Counted from the first letter of the stretch, positions 19,505 through 28,597 are shown. The stretch: 64,000 bases of DNA from an uncultured Bacillales bacterium (GCA_946539445.1 CAMNHK010000004.1:5897-69896); one strand, 5' to 3'. A program made the numbers and translations. Notes: generated from the sequence alone by a model not told the origin.

Positions 19505-20423
19505 ATTTTCGAATATTTGTTGTGATTTTTGGACTAAATATTAATAATACTTTTTTCATTTTCCGAGCAAAGTTATCGGCTAGCACTTGTTGATAAACTC
19601 CTTCTTTTTTTAATAACTTTTTATACTCTTTATAGTCTTTTCCTTTTAGTTCGCATATTTTAATGATTAAACTGTTTGCGATAAAACTTTTAAATACTTT
19701 GGAGTTTAAGGAAGTCTTATCAATTTCTTGTATTAAGTATTGATAATGATTGTAAAAATCAGATACTTTCTTTTTGGTCTTTTCATAGTCTTTTCCACTC
19801 ATGATGCTACCTTGTCTTTGAAGATAATTATATCCTATATAGGGAATAGAGTTTACGGTGTTTGCTTTCATAATTACTAAAGGAATTAAACCAAAATCTT
19901 CATGAATCGTGCCTGGTTTAAATTCGAAGTGATTTTCTTTATAGTAAGAAGTTTTTATTAAATAGGCCCAGGCATTTTCTACAAAATGGTACCCTGTAAT
20001 TCTAGAGAAAGCTTCTACTCCTGTTACGTTCGTAAATGGTTTTTCTGGATATTTTTTTTCTTTCTTGTTCTCTTCATATACTTCTTGTATTTGAAACCTT
20101 ACAACGTCTGGGTTATTTCGTAAGGATTTATTTAATTCTTTTAACAAATCTTTTTCAATTGTATCATCGCTATCAACGAATAATAAATAGTCACCCTTGG
20201 CGTTTTTTACTCCTGTATTTCTGGCAACACTTAGTCCTTGGTTTTCTTGGTTAATTATTTTGACATCATATTTTTTTACTATATCCATGCTTTTGTCTTT
20301 GGTTCCATCATTTACTACGATTACTTCATAATCTTTGTATGTTTGATTTTGAATACTATCTAGACATTTTCCTATGTATTTTTCAACACCATAGACTGGT
20401 ACTATAATACTAAATTTAGGCAT
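19503..20423 (-). CDS. GT2-family glycosyltransferase
   Basis: FSIIVPVYGVEKYI..VNDGTKD..VDSDD. The start was moved to MPKFSII (ATG 20423), which has GAGGAG 7 nt upstream. Confidence 0.8.
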   Translation of the reverse strand: MPKFSIIVPVYGVEKYIGKCLDSIQNQTYKDYEVIVVNDGTKDKSMDIVKKYDVKIINQENQGLSVARNTGVKNAKGDYLLFVDSDDTIEKDLLKELNKSLRNNPDVVRFQIQEVYEENKKEKKYPEKPFTNVTGVEAFSRITGYHFVENAWAYLIKTSYYKENHFEFKPGTIHEDFGLIPLVIMKANTVNSIPYIGYNYLQRQGSIMSGKDYEKTKKKVSDFYNHYQYLIQEIDKTSLNSKVFKSFIANSLIIKICELKGKDYKEYKKLLKKEGVYQQVLADNFARKMKKVLLIFSPKITTNIRK

Positions 20424-22725
20424 ATTCCATCTCCTCATCCCATAACTCTTCTAGGCATTTCATTCTTTTCTTTTGTATTTTTTCGATATCGATGGTTTTA
20501 TGTTTTTTTGGTTGCTTCAATTCTTTTTTTACTTGTTTTATCATTTCTTTTTCTTCTTTGGAAAGAATTACCGCATAATCTTTTATATCGATGGATTCAT
20601 CGCTTGTTGGGATAGTTGTTAAAATAGATTTTTGTAATGCTAGTGCTTCTAAGTAGGTTACTGGGAATCCTTCATAGTCAGAGGTTAGTAGAATATAGTC
20701 TGCTTCTTTCATATAAGGATATGGATTCTCTTTTTTTCCTAAGAAATGAATTCTTTCTTCGGATTTTGCTTCTTTTTCGTACTGTTTACGATCTGGACCA
20801 TCCCCTACTATCCATAATTCAGAATTTGGTGTTTCTTGTATTAGATGAATGGCTCTACTTACTTTTTTAGAAGAATCATCTAATCTACCTACAAAGACAA
20901 ATAAGGTATTTTTTGGATTTTTCTTGATACCAATTTTTTCTTTTGATTTTTTCTTAATGTCTTCGACATCAATAAAATTATTAAATACTTTTGTTTTTTC
21001 TTCTAGTTCTGGATAATACTTTAAGAATGAATCTTTGGCTTCCTGAGATACGAATAGAATTGTTTTATATTCCCAAACTTTACGACTATCAAAGAATTGT
21101 CTAAATTCTTCTTCTTTCTTATATAAATGAGAATAATCACTGTGAACATAAATGGAATTATTTTTAGATGCTATTTTTCCGATTTTGTTTGCTCGATAAC
21201 TGTATGTCGTGTAGCAGCAACTATAATCATATATTTGATAATTTAAAATTTTAAAGAATAGTTCTCTTAAGCCATTAATACTTTTACGAAGTAGGATGTT
21301 AGAGTGATTGCTTACTTTGCACTCTTTTACGACTACAGAATCCTCTATTTTTTCTAAAAGTTCTCCTTTTTTCTCTTCTAATACCAACGTTACTTTGTAT
21401 TTATCTTGATCAATTTCTTTTATTAAGTTTCTTTGAGCAACTTCAATTCCACCTAATTCCATGTTCTTTCCAGCAAATAATAAATCTTTCTTTTCTCTTT
21501 TAGCAAGGGAAAGAATTAGTAGTATCACAATATAACTTACAGCTGGAGCCGTTAAAATATGACCAGTGAAGAATGATAGAAATATAATGAACCATACTGC
21601 TACGTGATTCATATATCGTTCAAAGGTAAGTGTTTGCTTTTCTTCTAATATCTTATATAAAACTCCTAACGTAATGAGAAAGAATACGGCAAATCCTATT
21701 AGTCCATGGCTGTAGTAAATATCAAAATAATCCATCTCAATCATTTTCGTGGCTTTCCCTTTTTTTAAATAACCAATACCAAATAATTTTTGATAGAGAT
21801 TGGCTTGTTGATACATATAAGCTTTCTTCTCAAAGAAGGTTAATCTTTGACTAAAAATAAAATGATCAATTAATTCTTTGTCTTGGAATACTTCGGTAAT
21901 ACTATCTAGCTTTAGATAATTTAAATGCGTTTCAATATTCTTGTAAAAATTGGTTTTAGGAAGGATTAGTAAAACTCCCGCAACTCCTACTATAACAGCT
22001 CCTAACGATATGAAAATATTTTTGTATTTTTTTTGACGGAAGGAGTAAATCCAATAATAAGCAATTCCTAGGCCGATTGTTAGTGATAAGGTCAATAATG
22101 GAGTCTTCGTTCCCACCATAAGTATTACGGTTAAGTAGATTCCTGCTAGAACAATTCTTGGAATCCATTTTTTGGAAGTAGACATAATGTATAACATAAT
22201 CGGTGTTAATAGAGAAATAATTCCTCCTACTTCATTGGCTGAATTAAAGAATCCTAGAGTTCCCGCTTTGGTAATTTCATAGGTCTTAAATCCTACTCCT
22301 AATATGGTTGGTACAAAGATACCAAATAAATATAAAAATAAAGTCGTAATAAGAGCTAATTTACTGATTCTAATCTCCTCTTTTATGGCATAAAGTGAAA
22401 GGAAAAGAATGGGAAAATAGAATGTTTTTACTAAACCTTGTAATTCTTGGAATAGACCTACTCCTTTAAAGGCAATCATTCCTATCATGTAGAGAATACA
22501 ATAAATTCCTATTAATAGATATGGTAGTAGCAATTTTTTCTTTTGAAAGATAAAAACGACACTATAACAAATTCCTAATAGAAATAATACTCGAATGATT
22601 ATTCCAATCGTTAAATTCACTTTTAATAAATGCAAACTTAAGCCGGTTAATAAATCTAGAAGTGGCCCTAAAAGGAGAAAAACTCCTAGGATTGTATTTA
22701 TATTTTTTTTCACATATGTTTTCAT
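20416..22725 (-). CDS. Fusion protein: O-antigen-ligase/polymerase-like (Wzy_C) polytopic membrane domain joined to a cytoplasmic GT4 glycosyltransferase
   Basis: The N-terminal portion (about 410 aa) has at least 10 hydrophobic segments and an EMDYFDIYYSHGLIGF loop motif. The C-terminal portion (about 350 aa) carries GGIEVA...FVGRLDDSSKK...EGFPVTYLEALA, which is GT4. The start was moved to MKTYVKK (ATG 22725, RBS GAAGGA). The track TTG start is the -35 box itself. Confidence 0.7.
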   Translation of the reverse strand: MKTYVKKNINTILGVFLLLGPLLDLLTGLSLHLLKVNLTIGIIIRVLFLLGICYSVVFIFQKKKLLLPYLLIGIYCILYMIGMIAFKGVGLFQELQGLVKTFYFPILFLSLYAIKEEIRISKLALITTLFLYLFGIFVPTILGVGFKTYEITKAGTLGFFNSANEVGGIISLLTPIMLYIMSTSKKWIPRIVLAGIYLTVILMVGTKTPLLTLSLTIGLGIAYYWIYSFRQKKYKNIFISLGAVIVGVAGVLLILPKTNFYKNIETHLNYLKLDSITEVFQDKELIDHFIFSQRLTFFEKKAYMYQQANLYQKLFGIGYLKKGKATKMIEMDYFDIYYSHGLIGFAVFFLITLGVLYKILEEKQTLTFERYMNHVAVWFIIFLSFFTGHILTAPAVSYIVILLILSLAKREKKDLLFAGKNMELGGIEVAQRNLIKEIDQDKYKVTLVLEEKKGELLEKIEDSVVVKECKVSNHSNILLRKSINGLRELFFKILNYQIYDYSCCYTTYSYRANKIGKIASKNNSIYVHSDYSHLYKKEEEFRQFFDSRKVWEYKTILFVSQEAKDSFLKYYPELEEKTKVFNNFIDVEDIKKKSKEKIGIKKNPKNTLFVFVGRLDDSSKKVSRAIHLIQETPNSELWIVGDGPDRKQYEKEAKSEERIHFLGKKENPYPYMKEADYILLTSDYEGFPVTYLEALALQKSILTTIPTSDESIDIKDYAVILSKEEKEMIKQVKKELKQPKKHKTIDIEKIQKKRMKCLEELWDEEMEYA

Positions 22726-22747
22726 AACATCATCCTTCTCTAGAAAA

Positions 22748-22776
22748 AGTATATCATACTTGGAAATAATAGACAA
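22748..22776 (-). promoter_or_regulatory. Sigma-A promoter: TTGTCT, 17-nt spacer, TGATATACT (extended -10)
   Basis: Read on the minus strand. It lies upstream of the corrected start at 22725. Confidence 0.65.
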
Positions 22777-22856
22777 TTTTTTACAAATCTTCTACTCCAA
22801 TAGGTTTCTATTTTTCTTACTTTATTATATAATATAGATAATAATGGAGGTTTTTT

Positions 22857-24824
22857 ATGAGTGAGAAAAAATCAACAAAACCTTCTTCTAAACAAGAATT
22901 AAAAGGAGAAGGATCAACCAAAGAAATTGCGAAAAAAATAGAAGTAAAAAAAGAAGATACCAATAGTGCGCTTGATCAAGAAATAAAAGATTTGATTGAA
23001 GAGGATTTAGAGGTTCTTCAAGATAAGAACAAAAAGTCTATTCTTCATTCTCTTCTTAATGTATTTTTGGTCATTGTATTAATTCTTTCATTAGTCTATT
23101 TTGGTGTTAGTATATTTGATAAAGATGCCTTAATATTGTCGTTTGTGAATCATTTATTGTTAACAATATTTACGATTATTTTTGTGGCTATTGGAATTAC
23201 TTATAATCAGAAAAAAAGAGGAATTGTAACTCTTGGTGCTATGCTTTTAACCATTTATTTTCTTCTTAATATGAGTGGACCTTTTTCATTCTTGACGTCT
23301 TCTGTCGCAACGGTCGAAAACTTTAGTGGAAAGAATCTTACTTATGTTATGAAATGGGCTAGTAAAAATCATATTCAAGTGAACCAAGAATATGAGTATA
23401 GTGATATGGTTGGGGAATATATGATTATTAGCCAAGATGTGAAAAGTGGTACTCGTTTAAAAGATATTTCTGAATTAACGGTTTCTGTTAGTGAAGGACC
23501 TAATCCTTCCAAAGAAATTATGGTTCCTAGTATGATTACATGGGATAGCGAGAGAGTCATTCAATTTGTTAAGAATAATTATATGAGTAATGTCATAGTA
23601 GAATTTGTCCAAAGTGATAAAGCTCCCAATACCGTTATTGAACAAAGTACTAGTGGTAATTTAAAAAGAGATGATGAATTAAAATTAACCTTCTCTTATG
23701 GAGAGGAATTAGGATTTAGTGAAGTGAGTCTGCCAGACTTTACGGGACAAAGTAAATTTGAAGTAGAATTCTTTATGAAACAACATCAATTACGTTATGA
23801 TTTTACGGAAGACTTCCATTCTAAGATTAAAAAAGGCTATGCCATTCAACAAAATATAGAAGCAGGAAAGATGGTTCCTATTAATGATACAAAAGTAATT
23901 GTTACCATTAGTAAAGGTCCTAAAATTAAAGTTCCTGACTTAACGACTTATAGTATGGAAGAAGTAACCGATTGGGCGATTCAAAACCGTTTAAAATTAA
24001 AATTTAGCGATCGTTATGATGATACGATTAAAGAAAATTCTATTATTGAAGCGAATTATAAAAAAGGAGATATTATTGAACAAGGTACTATTGTAGAAAT
24101 TGTTCTTTCCAGAGGGGCTTTAAAAATGCCTAAATTTAATGGATTAACTGATTTTTATAATTGGGCCGATAAATATAATATTGCTTATGAAGAAGTTCAT
24201 GAATTTAACAATAGTATTCCAGCTGGAGAAGTAATCCGTTATTCTTATAAAACGGGAGAAGCTATTAAGAATAATGACACCATACGTATTACGATTAGCG
24301 ATGGAAGTAAAAAGGTTGTTCCGGATGTAAAAGGATTAACGAAAAATGAAGCAGCTACTCGCTTGGAAAAAGCAGGATTTAATGTTTCCTTTGTATATCG
24401 TAATAACAATAGTGTGGAAAAGGGAAAAGTGGTTAATCAATCTATTTCAGCCGGTTCAGAAGTATCTAGTGGCACAACTGTAACGGTAACGATTAGTAAT
24501 GGTCCAAGTAGTTCTGGTGGTCAAGAATCTACTCCAACACCAACTCCTACTCCAACACCAACTCCTGATCCTACTCCAACCCCTGATCCTACCCCTAGTT
24601 GTGAAAAAGTTACTGTTTTCCTTTATGATGAATTATATAGTATTGGAAATCCTACTGGTACTTGTTCCAAGATAAAGAATCGCTATTCTAATATTAAATT
24701 TGTCTGCAATTATGTAAGAGATGATGGTATTAGTACTGGAATGGTTGCTAATAGTGATGATGTAGATGGAAATACTTTTACAACTTGTGATACCGTTACA
24801 TTGAATATTGTTAATAATGATTAA
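22857..24824 (+). CDS. Kinase-less PASTA-repeat membrane protein (about six PASTA units, a PT linker and a 4-Cys C-terminal domain)
   Basis: 655 aa. It has a K/E-rich cytoplasmic head of about 60 aa and 3-4 TM segments. Six units of about 65 aa follow, ending in ...VSVSEGP, ...VTISKGPK, ...IVLSRGAL, ...ITISDGSK and ...VTISNGPSS. No kinase or transpeptidase motifs are present. RBS is GGAGG. Confidence 0.75.
   Translation: MSEKKSTKPSSKQELKGEGSTKEIAKKIEVKKEDTNSALDQEIKDLIEEDLEVLQDKNKKSILHSLLNVFLVIVLILSLVYFGVSIFDKDALILSFVNHLLLTIFTIIFVAIGITYNQKKRGIVTLGAMLLTIYFLLNMSGPFSFLTSSVATVENFSGKNLTYVMKWASKNHIQVNQEYEYSDMVGEYMIISQDVKSGTRLKDISELTVSVSEGPNPSKEIMVPSMITWDSERVIQFVKNNYMSNVIVEFVQSDKAPNTVIEQSTSGNLKRDDELKLTFSYGEELGFSEVSLPDFTGQSKFEVEFFMKQHQLRYDFTEDFHSKIKKGYAIQQNIEAGKMVPINDTKVIVTISKGPKIKVPDLTTYSMEEVTDWAIQNRLKLKFSDRYDDTIKENSIIEANYKKGDIIEQGTIVEIVLSRGALKMPKFNGLTDFYNWADKYNIAYEEVHEFNNSIPAGEVIRYSYKTGEAIKNNDTIRITISDGSKKVVPDVKGLTKNEAATRLEKAGFNVSFVYRNNNSVEKGKVVNQSISAGSEVSSGTTVTVTISNGPSSSGGQESTPTPTPTPTPTPDPTPTPDPTPSCEKVTVFLYDELYSIGNPTGTCSKIKNRYSNIKFVCNYVRDDGISTGMVANSDDVDGNTFTTCDTVTLNIVNND
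24533..24596 (+). repeat. Pro-Thr/Pro-Asp linker repeat (PTPTPTPTPTPDPTPTPDPTP)
   Basis: Imperfect CCA-ACN / CCT-GAT hexanucleotide periodicity within the PASTA gene. Confidence 0.8.
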
Positions 24825-24848
24825 GAATCCAATTGGGTTCTTTTTTTT
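24825..24848 (+). terminator. Terminator of the PASTA gene
   Basis: GAATCC-AATT-GGGTTC hairpin followed by T8. Confidence 0.65.
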
Positions 24849-24851
24849 GAC

Positions 24852-24878
24852 AAAAAAAAGAGATGAATTTCATCTCTT
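24852..24878 (-). terminator. Terminator of the autolysin gene
   Basis: Minus strand AAGAGATG-AAATT-CATCTCTT followed by T7. It overlaps the stop codon. Confidence 0.7.
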
Positions 24879-27800
24879 ATTCTACATTTAGTTCCAAACG
24901 ATATCTTTGGGATTTATCGACTTCAAAGGAATATTTTTTTCCTTGAATCGTTGTAGTAACTTTTGAAACATTTCTTTGTAGTAATTCATTTAATTCTCCA
25001 TAATCTTTAATATTTGCTTGATTATAGATATAGATTGCATAATTACCTTTTGATAATTTTGAGATATCGATATTGGCGTCAAACCAAGCTCTTGTCTTAT
25101 CCAAATTATCTCCTAAGGTTGTTCCAACTTCATACATACCGTTTGTAATACTGCCTAAATCAAATTCGTATTTTTCATATGTCTTTGTATTTTCAAATAC
25201 TATTTTTCTAGTTACACTTGCAGATTCTGCTAAGTTCATTCCATATGAGTAAGCCGTTCCTTTGATATGTAACTGATTATTTACAAATTCTAAGGCACGA
25301 TATTGATTGTATTGATTGTATTTACTTAATGCTGTTTTTTCACCAATGGCTTTCGAACGAACCATTATTTCCAATGGAATATCATGATCGAAATAATTAT
25401 TTCTTGTGGTTACAATTTTATCTCCTTTAAAAGTAGATACTTGTGTTTTTAAGATTTTATTACTGATAATTGATGAAGAATAGTACTCTTCCCCTACTGA
25501 GAAAATATACATCTTATAATCTCCATCTGGAATCTCTTTGGTTGGAATTTCTCCTTTAAACCAAGAATAAGTATAATCGTAATTATCGGATGAATTAACT
25601 GGTCTTGTTATTTCATTTTTATCAGTAATTCTTTCGATTGGGAATGCATAAGCGCTTTCCTCATTTAAAGATTCAAAAGCTAGTATATAAATGATTTCCT
25701 CTTTTAAAGTATTATTCATTCCTTTAATGGCATTATATCCTTTAATCATTAATTGATTATTCTCTTCTTTTAGAGAATCAAAGTAGAAAATAGATTCTTT
25801 TTCTTCTAATCCTAAATCTTCTAAACTTTCAATATCTATTTCTTCTGGATCCATTTCTTGTGGTTTTTCTTTTACGGTTATAATTCTTTCTTTGGTAGCT
25901 TTTTTCTTACGGGAATCTGCTACTTCATATACTACTTTATATGATCCTGGAGTTTTGGTATTTACTTCATTTTTGGTTATCACGATTGAACCTGTTAAAT
26001 CTCCATCTTCTGAATCGATTGCGGATACTCCTTCTTTTGGATTGAAAGAATCGCCTACATAAATCGTTGTATTATTAGCTGTGATGGTAGGTGCTTTATT
26101 TTCTTTTACGATTATCGTTCTTCTTGTGATACTTTCTACGGAACTACTATCTACTACACGATACGTTACTTGATATGTTCCTGGTGCATTTGCGTTTACC
26201 GTATTCTCTGTAATTTCGATTTTACTAGTTAAATCTCCATCCTCCATATCATAGGCAGAAACTCCTTCTTTTGGATCAAAAGAATCTCCTTCTATGATTG
26301 TTTTATCTTCCGTTGTGATTGTTGGCATATTATTAACAACAATCGGAGTAGCTGTTTGAATGGTTACTCCATTTGCTGAAGCTAGTGTATAACCATATAA
26401 ATTGGTATTATTGATTAAACTTACTGGTACTTTATACCAAATGGTACCATTGTCATTGATAGTATCTAAGATTGGTACATACGTATTATGATATAAACTA
26501 CTTATATAAGAATAAGAAGCATCGTCGGTATTATAGTTTACCCATGAATATGGATTTCCATCTAAGGAAATGGATACTAGTCCATAATTGGTATTAGTAA
26601 ATTTAATACTATCGGCTGCTACCCAAGCTTTTTGATCAAAGGCATAGCTACTGGTTACTAAGTAAGAAACAGGTACTCCTTTGTCATAAGCAATGGAATA
26701 TACCATGACATAACGATCTTTTTGAAGAGAGTCCGCTCCTTTTGATACTAATGTACTATCGAAATAATATGGAGTTGTTTTGGTTGAGATAGCAACTCTT
26801 GGTTTTAGAATTCCATTCTCTGTTAACATATCATATTGATAATTACTATTTGGATATTCAAATACTTCATTTGGACTAATATAACCATTTTTTCCGGTAT
26901 TAATTTTTCTTACTTCAGAAGTTCTAACATAGACATAGGCGTTCCAGTTATAATCTCCTGAGGTTATTTCTCGGAAATTATTGTCAAAGTTTAAGTCACT
27001 TACAACTTTATACCAAGTGTCTCCATTGGCTGTTATTTCTCCAACGATTACCACGGCATCTTCTCTTTCTGGATATTCATACATCTTGTAGGATAAAGGA
27101 TCAGGGTAAGCATAGGCAATGGTAGGACCATTTACAACTCCTAATTGATAGAAGTTATAGTCTTGAAGTCCAAAGGCTTTATCAAAACTATAGTAATTAG
27201 CTGCCATTTTTTCAGACCAATAGGTATCGGATGCATATTTTACATTCATACCAATCCATTTATCTCCAAATTGTGGTCCAAAGTAACGCCAGTCTCTAGG
27301 GTGAGCATAACCATAAGTAATCCACTTAGAAGCATATCCTAAAATACTGTTGGCAAAAGAAGAATACCAATTGGCTCCCTCTATTGGATTGGAATCTACG
27401 GCATTAAGTCCGAAACCATTGTTCTTTTGAACGGCTAATTTGCTTCGACCATTTCCAGTTTCATTTCTACTAAGGCTTAAAGCTAGAATGGCATTGACTC
27501 CATATTTTTGTTGGGCATAGTAGAAGAAATCTCCAGAGGAATGTAAGCGAGAGGCTCCTGTCTCGGCTACTTTTCCATAGGCATCAAAAGAGAAATTTAA
27601 ATTGTTTTTTACATATTCATTAATATTTACATTGGAATAATTGGTCTTTGTATGATTGGACAAATACATATAGTAATTATAATAAGGATTATCTTTATTA
27701 ACTGAATTATTATAATGACCAGCTTTGGCATCTTGAATTAATAAAATCAAATTATTATAAAAATAATGTCCATCATAGCTATAATAAGTTCCAGGATTTA

Positions 27801-28431
27801 ACATTTCTGGTTTTGGACCAATCGTTCTTCCACTAGAACCATTATAATAGTTTTGTATTTTTGCAACATAATTGTGGCGTATATCTGAATTGGTAATGGT
27901 ATAAGTACTCGTAGATTTAATCCATGTGATTGGCACAATCTCATACGCAGATTGACGAATCCAACCCGTGAAGTTTCCAATTCTGACTTTTGCTGTCCAG
28001 ACATCGTAATAGTTGGAGTAAGCGGTTTCCATATGTACTCCATCTACTCCCCCATATAAGGAACCAGTGTCCATATAGGTATAAGCAGAACCGGTTAATT
28101 CACTATTTCGATAAAAGTAAGTTAACGTTTCTGGATTGACGCTTAAATCTAACAAAGCTACGTTAGCATCGATGATTTTTGGTACCCCATCTACCCAAGC
28201 AAGGATTCCTAAATCATATCCACCATAGGCAATCATTTGATCTCTGGCTTCTTCATAGGTATTAAAGCACCCTACTTCTACTACGGATCCATCTTCTCGA
28301 AATCCAGCAATTTCAAAATTTCCACAGACTCCATGATAACGATAATTACTCGCGTCGAAGGCATAGGCGTTAGGCATCATAAAAAGAAGTCCTAGTATTC
28401 CTACTAAGGTAAAAAGAAGTTTCTTTTTCAT
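24877..28431 (-). CDS. Large secreted multidomain peptidoglycan hydrolase (GH73 N-acetylglucosaminidase with SH3-like, Ig-like and uncharacterised C-terminal modules)
   Basis: Signal peptide MKKKLLFTLVGILGLLFMMPNAYA. A glucosaminidase block YGVNAILALSLSRNETGNGRS...NGFGLNA...YASDTYWSEKM lies at about nt 27156-27561. WYKV-type SH3-like units are present, together with two tandem Ig-like modules. Confidence 0.75.
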   Translation of the reverse strand: MKKKLLFTLVGILGLLFMMPNAYAFDASNYRYHGVCGNFEIAGFREDGSVVEVGCFNTYEEARDQMIAYGGYDLGILAWVDGVPKIIDANVALLDLSVNPETLTYFYRNSELTGSAYTYMDTGSLYGGVDGVHMETAYSNYYDVWTAKVRIGNFTGWIRQSAYEIVPITWIKSTSTYTITNSDIRHNYVAKIQNYYNGSSGRTIGPKPEMLNPGTYYSYDGHYFYNNLILLIQDAKAGHYNNSVNKDNPYYNYYMYLSNHTKTNYSNVNINEYVKNNLNFSFDAYGKVAETGASRLHSSGDFFYYAQQKYGVNAILALSLSRNETGNGRSKLAVQKNNGFGLNAVDSNPIEGANWYSSFANSILGYASKWITYGYAHPRDWRYFGPQFGDKWIGMNVKYASDTYWSEKMAANYYSFDKAFGLQDYNFYQLGVVNGPTIAYAYPDPLSYKMYEYPEREDAVVIVGEITANGDTWYKVVSDLNFDNNFREITSGDYNWNAYVYVRTSEVRKINTGKNGYISPNEVFEYPNSNYQYDMLTENGILKPRVAISTKTTPYYFDSTLVSKGADSLQKDRYVMVYSIAYDKGVPVSYLVTSSYAFDQKAWVAADSIKFTNTNYGLVSISLDGNPYSWVNYNTDDASYSYISSLYHNTYVPILDTINDNGTIWYKVPVSLINNTNLYGYTLASANGVTIQTATPIVVNNMPTITTEDKTIIEGDSFDPKEGVSAYDMEDGDLTSKIEITENTVNANAPGTYQVTYRVVDSSSVESITRRTIIVKENKAPTITANNTTIYVGDSFNPKEGVSAIDSEDGDLTGSIVITKNEVNTKTPGSYKVVYEVADSRKKKATKERIITVKEKPQEMDPEEIDIESLEDLGLEEKESIFYFDSLKEENNQLMIKGYNAIKGMNNTLKEEIIYILAFESLNEESAYAFPIERITDKNEITRPVNSSDNYDYTYSWFKGEIPTKEIPDGDYKMYIFSVGEEYYSSSIISNKILKTQVSTFKGDKIVTTRNNYFDHDIPLEIMVRSKAIGEKTALSKYNQYNQYRALEFVNNQLHIKGTAYSYGMNLAESASVTRKIVFENTKTYEKYEFDLGSITNGMYEVGTTLGDNLDKTRAWFDANIDISKLSKGNYAIYIYNQANIKDYGELNELLQRNVSKVTTTIQGKKYSFEVDKSQRYRLELNVE
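25866..26335 (-). repeat. Two tandem Ig-like (DUF5011-type) modules of about 77 aa inside the autolysin
   Basis: PTITTEDKTIIEGDSFDPKEGVSAYDMEDGDLTSKIEIT..PGTYQVTYRVVDS aligns with PTITANNTTIYVGDSFNPKEGVSAIDSEDGDLTGSIVIT..PGSYKVVYEVADS. Confidence 0.75.
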
Positions 28432-28568
28432 TTTTAGGCCTCCTTCCGCTATTTCTCTATATTAATTATAACAGTTTTTATAGGGAAACCTAGTAGATTT
28501 CTTGTCATTTCTAGGGATTTTACGGTTTTTTACAAGTGATTTTCTTTGTATAAAATAGCCTCGTTCCC

Positions 28569-28597
28569 TTGATAAAAATTCCCTTTTCCGTTATAAT
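28569..28597 (+). promoter_or_regulatory. Sigma-A promoter: TTGATA, 17-nt spacer, TATAAT
   Basis: Near-consensus boxes about 33 nt upstream of the LCP ATG. Confidence 0.75.

Noticed and set aside
22726-22776. N-terminal extensions proposed by the ORF track, with starts at 22776, 20438, 14683, 9042, 6599, 28615, 39850, 40154, 43528, 51655, 54885, 55714, 60202 and 61727.
   Set aside because: In each case a downstream ATG is preceded by a proper GGAGG-like site at 5-9 nt. The extension either uses TTG or GTG, overlaps the upstream gene, or coincides with promoter boxes. For example, TTG 22776 is the -35 hexamer and ATG 43528 lies immediately downstream of a TGCTATACT -10-like box.
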